Source of the DNA: Lobosporangium transversale
Taxonomy: Eukaryota
Length of the DNA: 64,000 nt
Assembly: GCF_002105155.1 (NCBI RefSeq)
Contig: NW_019028981.1
Coordinates: 496,001 to 560,000, forward strand
Direction: 5' to 3'
A program made the translations under genes and the position numbers. The notes under the pieces were generated by a model. The model had not been told where the DNA came from and searched no databases. It saw nothing but the letters and a program-made list of their open reading frames with translations. Shown in pieces: positions 52,828 to 64,000 of the stretch (positions within the stretch are counted from its first letter, which is position 1; each line of letters begins with the position of its first letter).

Positions 52828-55380
52828 GAAATTGAAATTTTAATTCCAGTTATCATTCAAAGTATCATTCGAAAGTGTCTCACACATTGATATCATTTTA
52901 TGCTTTTTTTTATTGTTCCTTTTTTCAGGTGAGTTGGTCATTATCCCTATTCAGGGAAAGGATCTTCCTAACCGTGAACGATTCGGAAAGCAGGATCCCT
53001 TTATTCTCTTCAAGCTTGGAAACGTCAGTAAGAGGAGCACTACAGATATCCGCGGTGGTCAACGACCCATGTGGAAGGATGACCAGGTAATCAAAACGCA
53101 AAAGCGAATTTCGAGGCGTGACGCATGGATAAAATTTTCCCCTCGGGAGGACAAACAGTCTCCAAAACAGTGATCTTATCTCAGCATACAACACGACATG
53201 GATTAGCATTGGACATTTAGTTCAGCTCATGGGTTGAAATATTGGAAAACTGCAACATGCATATTTGTTTTTTTCCACGCATCTCTTCGTTGCCTAGGCT
53301 TATTTAGCACCCCCTCCCCTTTCTCAATTGCCCTCGTGCACGACAGATGGATGGAAGGAAAGAAAGAGAGAAAAGTAAAGTGAACAAATTTAGGAGAAGA
53401 TGCGACTGCTCAGCAATTTTTCAAACCCTGATTAACCAGCTGGAATCATTACCAGAGTTGGGAAGAGTCAGCGGAAGGTCATAAGATAGAAAAGAAAAAG
53501 TGACAACAGAAACAGACATGCACATATACCACACACATATTAGATATTGTAGAATCGCAACCTTCTGGAGAAGTCTTTATGACTGTCTAACTTCTCTCAT
53601 TAATCTTTTTTTTTTTTGCTACCGCTGTTTTTTATAATTAGATCAACATAAACATGTATGAAAGCGATGCAAAAGATGCTCTATCGCTTTATGTTACCTG
53701 CCTGGACGAAGATCCTAAAAAGAACGATTTGATCGGTGATTGCGTCATTAACCTTTCCAAAGTCATGGAACAAGGAACACAAGATGGTAAATGCAGAAAA
53801 ATGAGTATATCTCAGGACTTCACGCTTGATATCCAGTGAGAAAAAGGAGAACGTTTGATTAACCCCTTGATTCTAAAAAATTTGCCTGGATTAGATTGGT
53901 TTGAGCTTACGTATAAAGGAAGAGAAGCAGGAATGCTTATGCTTCAATTGACATACTATTCACATGTAAGTAGTCTATACCATTGTGCTACGTTCTTTGT
54001 ATCATCTTGCTTTGTTTCTGTTTTCTGCTCGAGTCTAAGCGTATGTCTTATGACCTTGATGTAATACAGGATCCTAGCCATCGGTTTTTCAGAGCAAATC
54101 ATCCTGCAACAAAGGAAGGTAATTCAGGACGTCGATCCATTCATCCACCCAAGAAACCCAAGGCAGAGGAGAAGCCAGTTGTGGAGGAGCATACGGATGA
54201 AGGTCCTGTATACAAACCACCAGTTGTACCTGAGCCTCCTACTCCAGCTCCACCAGCTCAAGTACCTATGGTTCCTGGAGCCGCAGGATATCCATATGGT
54301 ACCTTGCCAGCTGGAGGAGCGGCTGCTCGTCCAGTATCACCATCAGGTCACGGACATTTTGCTGGTCACCATACTCCCCATGTCCCGCCAGCCACTCCTT
54401 ATGCTGCTCACCAGCCTGTGCCAGGCAATCCCTATGCAACCCCCGGTGCTGGTGGATACCCAGCATATCCAGCAGCAGGTACTGCTGGTCCATATCCAGA
54501 CCCTGCATTGAGTGCAGATCCAAGTAAGCGTCTGTCATTCCCAGGACAGACGCCAATTGTCCCGCCTCAACAGCCCGGTGGATTCTTGCCGGGTGGGTAC
54601 CCTCCAGCAGGAGTAGGGGCTATGGGTCCAGTTCCAGGTGCCGGAGGTTATCCTCCTCAAGTTCCTGGTACACCGGCTTTCCCACCTCAGAATGTTGGAG
54701 GTGCCTATCCACCCACTACTGGAGCAGGAATGGCTAATTCTCCTTACCCACCAGCACAACCATTGCCAAACAATGCAGGTGGACCACCAGCTGGATACCC
54801 ATTTGCAGCGTCCAATATTTATCTACCTAATAGCAATAGCAGTAATAGTAGTAACAACAGCAGTAATGGTAGTTTCCCTGGAGCATACCCAGCGAACAAT
54901 AACAACAACGGGAACATGAATAACATGAACAATATGAACAACATGAACAACAACTTCAATAACGGCGGCAATAGCTTCAATAACAATAATGGTTTTAACA
55001 ACAACAGCCCAAGTAGTTTTAACAGCGATGGAGGCAGCTTCAACAGTGGAGGCAGCTTCAACAGTGGAGGCAGCTTTAATAACAATAACAATTTTGGCAA
55101 CCAAAGAAACAGCTTTAACAACAGCAATAATAATAATAACTTCAGTAATAACATGAATGGAAATAACGGCTTCAATAACAACATGAATGGCGGAAACAAC
55201 TTCAACAACAATAACTTTAACAACAACAGTAACTTTAACAACAATAACAGTAGCTTTAATAACAATAACAACACCAACTTTAACAACAATAGGAAAAACA
55301 CCATCACACCCACGCCAATTGTAGCAACCTCGGCGCAGCAAAGTCGTCCGACAGCCATGTATGGGCCTGATGAGTTTTAA
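52691..55380 (+). CDS. Fic1/Inn1-like C2-domain protein with Pro-rich and Asn-rich tail; exons 52691-52790, 52929-53086, 53642-53786, 53895-53965, 54070-55380 (594 aa)
   Basis: The spliced C2 domain GELVIIPIQGKDLPNRERFGKQDPF...TTDIRGGQRPMW...DLIGD...DWFELTYKGREAG..LQLTYY resembles Fic1/Inn1 ingression proteins. A PxxP-rich region follows. Confidence 0.8.
52792..52823. repeat. (TAA)n microsatellite starting at a 5' splice site
   Basis: About 11 TAA units begin in the GT donor of intron 1 of the C2 gene. Confidence 0.9.
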
Positions 55381-56119
55381 GAGAGGCTTGTAGCCCTTTT
55401 GCATCCTTGTTGATGATAGATGTGCAATTTTGGGTTTTTTGTTATTCCATAAAAAACACGTTTTGAAAATAAAAATTTTTAACGGGCAAAAAAAAAAGAA
55501 AAAGAAAAAAAAGCTGTGGCTTTTAATGGATACACCAGTGAATCATTCCATCTCATCGAGCAAGACAAGTTCCCAGCAGATCAATAGTCTATCAACTCTT
55601 TCTCCGCAATTTTTCGATTTCCTTTTCTGTATTTTAAAGTGAATTTGTATTGTATGGTGTATGAAAAATATCGATCTCAAACTCTTTTGATTGTATACAT
55701 GTACATGTACATGAACCAAAATGGGCAAGTAATCTTGTTCGAGCCCAACAGGCAATATTCAAATCTTCTGGGGTAAAGATCAAGCTTAGAGAACAGAATA
55801 AGACACGACTGGTGCCTGTGGCGCTTCATCACCGTTAAAATTGAATTGTAAGAAAAAATAAAAATAAAAGGAGACATTTGTTTTGTTTTTGTTTTTGTTT
55901 TTGTTTTTAAATTCATTTCTTCCTCACGCTCCTTCATTCTCTTCTCTTCATTTCGCCAACGCTCCTTCCCTACGCATCTTGCTTCCCGTCTTTTTTCTGT
56001 TTATTAGTCAGTTTGTTGCCTTCGCTCTCCCTTTTTTTTTTTTTTTTTTTTTTTTGTTGTTCATTCAATAATAGTTCACGACACATATCACATAAAAAAT
56101 ATCACATCTTTCATAAACT

Positions 56120-59100
56120 ATGCTCGTACTTCCTGGAACACAAGCATTGTCGCCTTTCAAGGCACATGCTTTGTTGCAGCAAATTCAAGCTGCGGTGCCC
56201 TCAGTCAAGTCGGTCTCCACACGCGCGGTCCATTTTGTACAGCCCAAGGCCGATCTCGATCCAGCAGCTTTGACAGAGTTCTTGACCAATAGCAACACAG
56301 CTGAGAGACGTATTCTCGATACCATGTTCTCCTCGCCTTCTGCTGCGACTAATGCACCCATCGAGGTATAAAAAAAAAGACATTGTGAAAGGTGAAAGGT
56401 GAAAAGCGAAAGGAGAATGTGAAGTGAGGAAAAGAACAAAGGATAAAAGGAAGGGTAGAAAAATCATAGCTGATCTCTCACAATGATCGCTTCATTTTTT
56501 TTTTTTTTTTTTTTTCATAAAAAAGGACGACCATGAACTCTTGAGACTTCTTACTCAACATAGCAGCAGCAGCAGCAATAGGACAGAAGAAGGATTCAAT
56601 TTTTTTATCGTCCTACCGCGTGTTGGTACGATCTCGCCATGGTCTTCCAAGGCCACCAATATTGCACAGATGTGCAATCTGGATCGCCATGTGCAGCGTG
56701 TGGAGCGTGGTCAAGCCTATTTAATCAAATTAAAGGAAGATGCAGCCAAGCAGTTATTGAGCGAGCAAGAGTTCAGGGCCATCACTGCCCTTGTTCATGA
56801 CCGCATGACCCAGGATGTATTAAACGTCATCCCAAACGAGAAAGTTATTTTTAAGGTATATAGAAAAAAAAAAAAAAAATGAAAAGAGAAAAGAGACGCG
56901 AATCAAGGATTTTAGGAATGAGATTCAAAGCAAGGAAGAGGAATCAACTCCAATTGAAATATCGTGATCCAACAACGAAGCCGTTTTCATGACGATTAGA
57001 TCAGCTCTACATATTGTGTCTTCTTGGGATTTTGCTGCTGTTGATGACTCCGAGTTTTTTTTTTTAAAAAAAAAAAAAAAGTTTTTGCTGGCAGTCACAA
57101 CACTGTTTTTGTTTTTGATTACTGTCCTAATGTCATCTCTCCCAAACCATGTTGTCTTGTAGCAAGGGACCCCTGCCCCACTCAAGGTCGTCCAATTGAT
57201 GGACAGCAATGAGGACCGCAATCCTCGCGATGCCCGTCAGCGTTTAATCACTGCTAACAAGGAGCTTGGATTGGCTTTAGCTGAGGATGAGATCGATTAC
57301 TTGGTTGCTGCTTTCATCGGCAGCAGCAAATTGAGCTCCGACAGTTGCCTAGCCCGTAACCCTACAGATGTGGAACTGTTCATGTTTGCACAGGTCAACT
57401 CGGAGCATTGTCGTCACAAGATCTTTGGAGCGGATTGGACCATTGATGGTGAAAAGAAGCCTCACTCACTCTTTGGCATGATCAAGAACACCCATCAACT
57501 CAACCCTCAGCATACCCTTTCAGCATATAGTGATAACGCCGCTGTTTTGCAAGGCCACAAGGGAGTACGGTTTGCACCTCTGGCGGAAGACAACTATTCA
57601 TACAACTTGTTTGAAGAAGAGGTTCATATGGTGGTCAAGGTTGAGACCCATAATCATCCTACGGCTGTTTCCCCCTTCCCAGGAGCTGCTACTGGATCTG
57701 GAGGAGAAATCCGTGATGAAGGAGCCACAGGCGTGGGTTCCAAACCCAAAGCTGGTCTCACTGGGTTCACTGTCTCTAACCTATTGATCCCTGGACATGT
57801 CCAACCTTGGGAAACAGACTATGGAAGGCCTTCGCATGTTGCTTCCGCGCTTGATATCATGATCCAAGGGCCTCTTGGAGGAGCAGCTTTCAACAACGAG
57901 TTCGGTCGTCCTGCTATTACTGGTTACTTCCGCACGTTCCTCGAGTCCGTCCCTGGACCTAATGGCAAAGACGAAATCCGCGGGTTCCATAAGCCCATTA
58001 TGATTGCTGGAGGCCTTGGAACCATCCGTCCTCAGCATGTGATTAAGAACAAGATTCAGCCGGGTGCCCATTTGGTGGTTCTGGGAGGTCCCTGCATGCT
58101 GATTGGCTTGGGAGGTGGAGCTGCTAGTTCCATGACCTCGGGAGAATCCTCTGCAGCCTTGGATTTTGCATCTGTCCAGCGTGAGAACCCGGAGATGCAG
58201 CGTCGCTGCCAGCAGGTCATTGATTCTTGCACGGCCTTGGGTCAAAAGAACCCTATTCAGTCAATCCACGATGTCGGTGCTGGAGGATTGTGCAATGCCT
58301 TGCCCGAGATTGTTCACGACTGTAACTTGGGAGCGTCAATCGAGCTCCGTAACATCAACAACGACGATCCTAGTATGTCACCCATGGAGATTTGGTGCAA
58401 TGAGTCTCAGGAACGCTACGTACTTGCGATTGGACCTGAGAACATAGAGACATTCAAGGCAATCTGTGAGCGTGAAAGATGCCCTTATGCTTTGGCCGGT
58501 GTCGCTACTGCGGAGGAGAGATTGATTTTAACAGATAGTCTGTTGGGTACCACACCCATCGATCTACCCATGTCGACTCTGTTCGGAAAGCCACCAAAGA
58601 TGTCACGTACGACTAGCACAATCACCCCTGCTCGCCATGCCTTTGACAGCTCACTCCAGTCTTACTTACCCTCATTGACCCAGACAGCTGAGTTAGTCAC
58701 AGATGCTGCTCACCGTGTCCTCCGGCTTCCTGCAGTGGCCTCTAAATCCTTCTTGATCACAATCGGTGATCGCACTATCACAGGACTAGTCGCTCGTGAC
58801 CAGTTTGTGGGGCCCTGGCAGGTCCCTGTAGCAGATGTAGCGGTCACAGCTACATCGCACGGCGCCTCGACCGGAGAAGCCATGGCAATGGGAGAACGTC
58901 CTCCGATTGCATTGATTTCAGCTGCCGCCTCTGCCCGTATGGCTGTTGGAGAGTGTATCACCAACATGGCCGCCGCTAACATTCCTTCTTTGGGCCAGAT
59001 CCGTATGTCTGCTAATTGGATGGCTGCTCCAGACCATGAGGGTGAAGGAGCTCGTCTATATGAGGCTGTCCAGGCTATTGGCTTGGACCTTTGTCCTGCT

Positions 59101-60768
59101 TTAGGTATCAGTATCCCTGTCGGTAAGGATTCCATGTCCATGAAAATGAAATGGAAGCAAGGTGGTGAGCAGGTCGAGGTCACTGCTCCCTTGGCACTCA
59201 ACATTACTGGGTTCGGGCCTGTGGCGGATATCCACAAGACATTGACGCCTGAGTTGATCACCGATATTGAAGGAGAGTCCACAGTGCTGGTACTGATTGA
59301 TCTTGCTAATAATAAGGAGCGTTTGGGTGGATCTGCTTTGGCTCAGGTCTATAAGCAAATTGGTAATGAAGCCCCTGATGTCGAGAGTGCGGATCTCCTT
59401 AAGGCCTTCTTCCAGGCTATGCAGGCTATTCGTGAACATGAAGACTTGGTTCTGGCATATCACGACCGTTCAGATGGTGGTCTGTTTGCCACTGTAGTTG
59501 AGATGTGCTTTGCAGGTCATGTGGGAGTCAAGGTTGATCTGTCATCGATCTCTCTAGATGCTGTTGCTGCGCTGTTCAACGAGGAGTTGGGAGCTGTGGT
59601 CCAAGTTAGGCAGTCTCAGGTAGAGCAGTTGAAGAAGGTCTTTGCAGAGCACAACTTCCCAGTAGAGCAAGGTTTGAAGGTTATTGGAACTGTTAACGTC
59701 AAGGGTGATGACTCGATCGTGATTTCGTATCAAGGAGTTAATATCTTGGACTCCAATCGTGTAGACTTGCAGCGCATCTGGACTGAAACTTCGTATCACA
59801 TCCAAAAGATCCGTGACAATTCTGAATGTGCTCAACAGGAGTTTGATGGATTGTGGGACGCTCAAGATCCTGGTCTGTCATACCAGTTGACCTTTAACCC
59901 TGCTGAAGAGATCTTGTCCGCTCATGATTTGTCACTGGAGATGGAGAGCCGACCCAAGGTAGCTATTTTGCGTGAACAAGGTGTGAACGGACAGATTGAG
60001 ATGGCGTATGCATTCCATGTAGCAGGCTTTACGGCTGTAGATGTGCACATGTCGGATATTTTGTCCGGAAAGGTGACTCTCAAGGATTTCAAGGGCATTG
60101 CAGCCTGTGGAGGATTTTCATATGGTGATGTTTTGGGAGCAGGGTCAGGCTGGGCGAAATCATTTTTGTTGCATGAACAGGCTCGCAACGAGTTTCATGA
60201 TTTCTTGACGGTCCGCCAGGATACTTTTGCGTTGGGTGTCTGCAATGGATGTCAATTCTTGTCACAGATGCGAGAACTGATCCCAGGAGCAGAACACTGG
60301 CCGTATTTCAAGAGAAACCAGAGCGAGCAGTTCGAGGCTCGTTTCAGTATGGTGGAGCTGGAGGACAACACGAAGACATCAGAGACCACTACACCTTCAA
60401 TCTTCTTTGACGGAATGCGGGGATCCAAATTCCCGATTGCGGTCGCTCACGGAGAAGGTCGTGCAGAATTTGTTCAGGCTTCAGATCTGGAACAATTGAA
60501 GGCACAGGGATTGATTGCAGCTTCCTATGTAGATAACTATGGCAAGAAGACGGAGCAGTACCCATTGAATCCTAATGGATCTCCCTTGGGTATCACGGCA
60601 GTTCAGACACCTAATGGTCGTGTGTTGGCAATGATGCCTCATCCTGAGCGTGTTACAGGACGTGAGGCTAATTCGTGGTATCCTCGCAAGGAGGGTGCTC
60701 AATGGGGTGAGTACGGGCCCTGGTTGAGGATGTTTAAGAATGCTCGCAAATGGGTTAATAGCCATTAA
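56120..60768 (+). CDS. ADE6: Phosphoribosylformylglycinamidine synthase; exons 56120-56365, 56526-56855, 57163-60768 (1393 aa)
   Basis: Contains [29 protein letters not shown] and YHDRSDGG, plus the GATase motifs LGVCNGCQ and MMPHPER. Confidence 0.98.
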
Positions 60769-60887
60769 GAAAAATAACATTTTAATCGTCACCTGTTGTA
60801 AATAAAATGTTAATTTCACATTGTAGTCATTATTATGGTATTTCTCTCCCCGTTTTTTTTTTTTTTTTTATTTGTACATGTATACAA

Positions 60888-63322
60888 ATGCAGAATAATC
60901 ATGGACAACAACAAGATGTAAGCGGATGGAATTGGTGCACCTTGAGGATTCATTCATGTGCTCTGCTAAACATTATGTTCACTTTAACAATACTCGACAA
61001 CAATTAGCATTATAATAGAGGTAATAAAAGATCTTTTTTACAGTTCATTTTGGTGGCAAAATTAATAATTGATCACACAATTGATCCCACCATGTAATTC
61101 ATGTCCATATTAATCGTATCATGTACCTTTTTTTTTTTTTTAGAGTAGCGATGAAGAAACTGAAGGACCCGGAACAACATCAATGGCTTCAAGCTCAACT
61201 ACTGCCTTTACTAGTATTGAAGAAGCCAGTCAACAGTACTGTCATAGATATGAACATCAAGCAGCCACAGTTAAACGACCTTTACCCAATACTGACACCA
61301 GTAGTGATATCAACGCCGAATGCGCTAACAAGTAAGGGCTTTTTTCTTATAGTCTGTTTGTTCATGAATGAGTGGAGGGACGAGGGTCCATGAAAAAAAG
61401 AGGATATACTCACACACAGCCAATGCGGTTTATTTAGAAAGCAAAGGTCGATTTCCCTACAATACATCGATCCTTCGATCTACTTGACAACAGTTCAACG
61501 GGCTCCTGCATCACATAATGCTGACTGTGTATCGCTGGAATCATTGATCGGCGATGTAAGCCATTGGAAGAAGGGAAAAAAAGAATAGAGAATCAGATGA
61601 ATAGTCCATAGTTCATTTGAAGTTAATATTTACTTTTTCGATAGCACAACCTTGAGCTGATGGTACAGATAAACTATATGATCGAAGTGGATTTTGTAAT
61701 GTTCAAGATCAACGAAAGCATACGCAGAAGCTTACGGACGATTATATATCATGGTATGAGACACACCCCAGCTCAGATAAAGGTATACTTTGTTGCTCTA
61801 CTTCTTTTTTTCTTTGGTACCTTAGCTCAAAAATATATATATATATGTTAATGGGCATGTTATCATATGACAGGCTATGGAGAATGCAACAAGAATACGA
61901 TACCCAAGGGTAACTTTACATAAGGTACCTGTTCCTGGCATCGGTAAGAAAATATTAAAAAAAAAAACTATGTTCTTACCAATCGAGAACGCTTTTTTTC
62001 ATTTTATTCTTTTTTTTTTTTTTTTTTTTTTTTTAGGTACACATCATACCAAGGCAATGCTCCTCTTCTATCGAGATGACACAATGCAAGTTGTCGTACA
62101 TACAGCCAATATGATTGAGCAGGACTGGAGGTAAAAAAATACATATATATTTATATATATTGATTTGTCATATTTAACAGATTCACCATATTCTTGCTAT
62201 TTTTGTTCACCGACATTTTCGCTTTTTTTTTTTTTTTTAATTTCATAGAAATAAGACTCAGGCCGTGTTTTCAACAGGACGCCTTCCGAGAAAGCCACAA
62301 CAAGCCTCGACTTGTGCATTTGAACGCGATTTGATAGAGTATTTGCAATACTACCAAGATCATCATGAGTTCACAAGGAAGCTCTCACAGTACGACTTTT
62401 CGAGAGTTAAAGGAGTTTTGATTGGATCAGTCCCTGGGAAGTTTTCGGGGCCTGACAAGAACAAGTGGGGTCATTTAAGGCTACGCTCTGTTTTGAGACA
62501 ACAGGTTGAGATCTCTCAAGGACGGTTGAATGATTCCGAGGTTATCTGCCAGGTAATAAAAAAAAATAAAAAAAAAGAATTGCTCGTAAAAGGATTATCA
62601 ATAGACTGAATCCATAATCCTAATCTAACATTCCTACTCTTCTTTTTATAAAAAATAACAAAAAAAAAGGTATCAAGCGTGGGATCATTAGGTAAAGAGT
62701 CCCAAGACTGGCTGCAGGGAGAGTTTGAGACGAGTCTAAATGCTCATCGTAACGCGAATCACATGAATCCTACAAAAGCAAATCTTTGTATAGTTTATCC
62801 AACAGCGGAAAATGTTCGTATGAGGTAAAAAGAAAAGAAAAGAAAGACGCGTTTTGGGCTCATAAATGTAATAACCCATGGGGCACATATTTTATGATTC
62901 GCGTTCATTTCAGTCCTAATCATGCTGTTATTGCTATAGTTTCGAAGGATGGACAATGGGGGGTAGTCTACCATTTAGGTCTACAAGTTACAAAAAGCAG
63001 GCTCACTACTTTAAGCCACTTTTACACTCCTGGAAAGCGGTCAAGAGTGGTCGTGAACGAGCTATGCCTCATATTAAAACATTTACACGAGTGACTAGAA
63101 AGGAAAATGACGGCGATTATTTATCTTGGTTCCTCCTCACGAGCGCTAACCTTTCAAAGCCAGCTTGGGGCGAAATGAAGTCCAATTCTGTTTTCTCGAT
63201 TCAGAGCTATGAACTAGGAGTCTTAGTCTTTCCTGGTCTCTATGAGGTAAAATATGAAATGGCTGAAAGTGAAAAAAAAAAAAAAAAAAAAAAAAAAATT
63301 GCATGTCCTGTCTGACCTTCCT

Positions 63323-63355
<33 letters not shown>

Positions 63356-63655
63356 CGTGGATACATGTAGGATGTAAATGATGCAGGAGACCATCATCGT
63401 GCATTCTTAATGAACAAAACGTTAGATGACCCGTATCCTGAACCTCACTTTACCCATTTCACTGGGGGCGAAGAGACAGGAAAAGAAAAAGGATCTAATG
63501 AACAAAGTCAAATACAGCAAAAGATCAATGTTGTGCCAATTCGCTTACCATATGATCTACCACTGAAAAAGTATGATCACTCAATAGACCATGTTTGGCT
63601 TGCGGACAAGTACTTTCCGGGGCTGGACGACTTTGGGAACTCGCTTGGGATGTAA
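60888..63655 (+). CDS. TDP1: Tyrosyl-DNA phosphodiesterase 1; exons 60888-60917, 61144-61331, 61438-61555, 61645-61782, 61874-61943, 62037-62130, 62249-62552, 62670-62824, 62940-63246, 63371-63655 (562 aa)
   Basis: Two HKN motifs (GTHHTKAM...HTANM and PHIKTF...TSANLSKPAWG), plus SYELGVL and RLPYDLP. The model is in frame throughout; the first two exons are the least certain. Confidence 0.9.
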
Positions 63656-64000
63656 AGGAAGAGACGAAGCAATTAATCTTCCCATCCTTCCTATCGACGA
63701 ACATCGACTGCTCGGACTTACTTGTAAAAAAAAAATAAAAAATAAAAAATAAATAATTTTTTTATTTTCATTTTTTTTTAGTCTTTTTTAACTGTATGTA
63801 TTATCGGTGTATTTCTTTTCCTTCTTAAGTACTTTGCGGATACATCATGTGGATGGAAATCATCTGGGCATCTTGAATGGTTCCCAACAGAAGAGTAACC
63901 ATGTACTCAAGGTTTGTAGTATGCAAGGTTCTGATTCCATCTGGAGTGTTACTTCAACAATGAAAACGATACGGTTTTTGTATCGGGCTTATAACAAGTG

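Noticed and set aside
54819..55404. Leu-rich and Val/Ile-rich minus-strand ORFs that look like membrane proteins
   Set aside because: They are the reverse complement of the AAC/AAT repeats encoding the Asn-rich tail.
10962..63655. Possible functional gene cluster (ICL1, HOM3, ADE6, PMA1 and others)
   Set aside because: Unrelated housekeeping pathways; no biosynthetic backbone gene or shared pathway logic.

Overview
Gene-dense, intron-containing fungal genomic DNA. Protein sequences, intron style and long poly(A)/poly(T) runs suggest an early-diverging Mucoromycota fungus, probably Mortierellaceae (inference). I built spliced models by hand; every summed CDS length is a multiple of 3. The 15 protein genes are: Ssk1-like response regulator, F-box-like protein, PMA1, WDR83/MORG1, SEC1, ICL1, MED4, eEF3, class V myosin, PMP3-family protein, PPR protein, aspartokinase, Fic1/Inn1-like C2 protein, ADE6 and TDP1. 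There are also two decayed, mutually dissimilar Tc1/mariner-IS630 transposase relics and one candidate two-exon orphan membrane-protein gene. No rRNA, tRNA or CRISPR was recognised, and I see no convincing new multi-gene system. Most notable: a membrane-anchored pseudo-histidine-kinase/Ssk1 fusion, a required 4-nt micro-exon, a G-U-biased intergenic hairpin cluster, complementary poly(A)/poly(T) arms inside introns, and an Asn-rich prion-like tail on the Fic1/Inn1 homologue.
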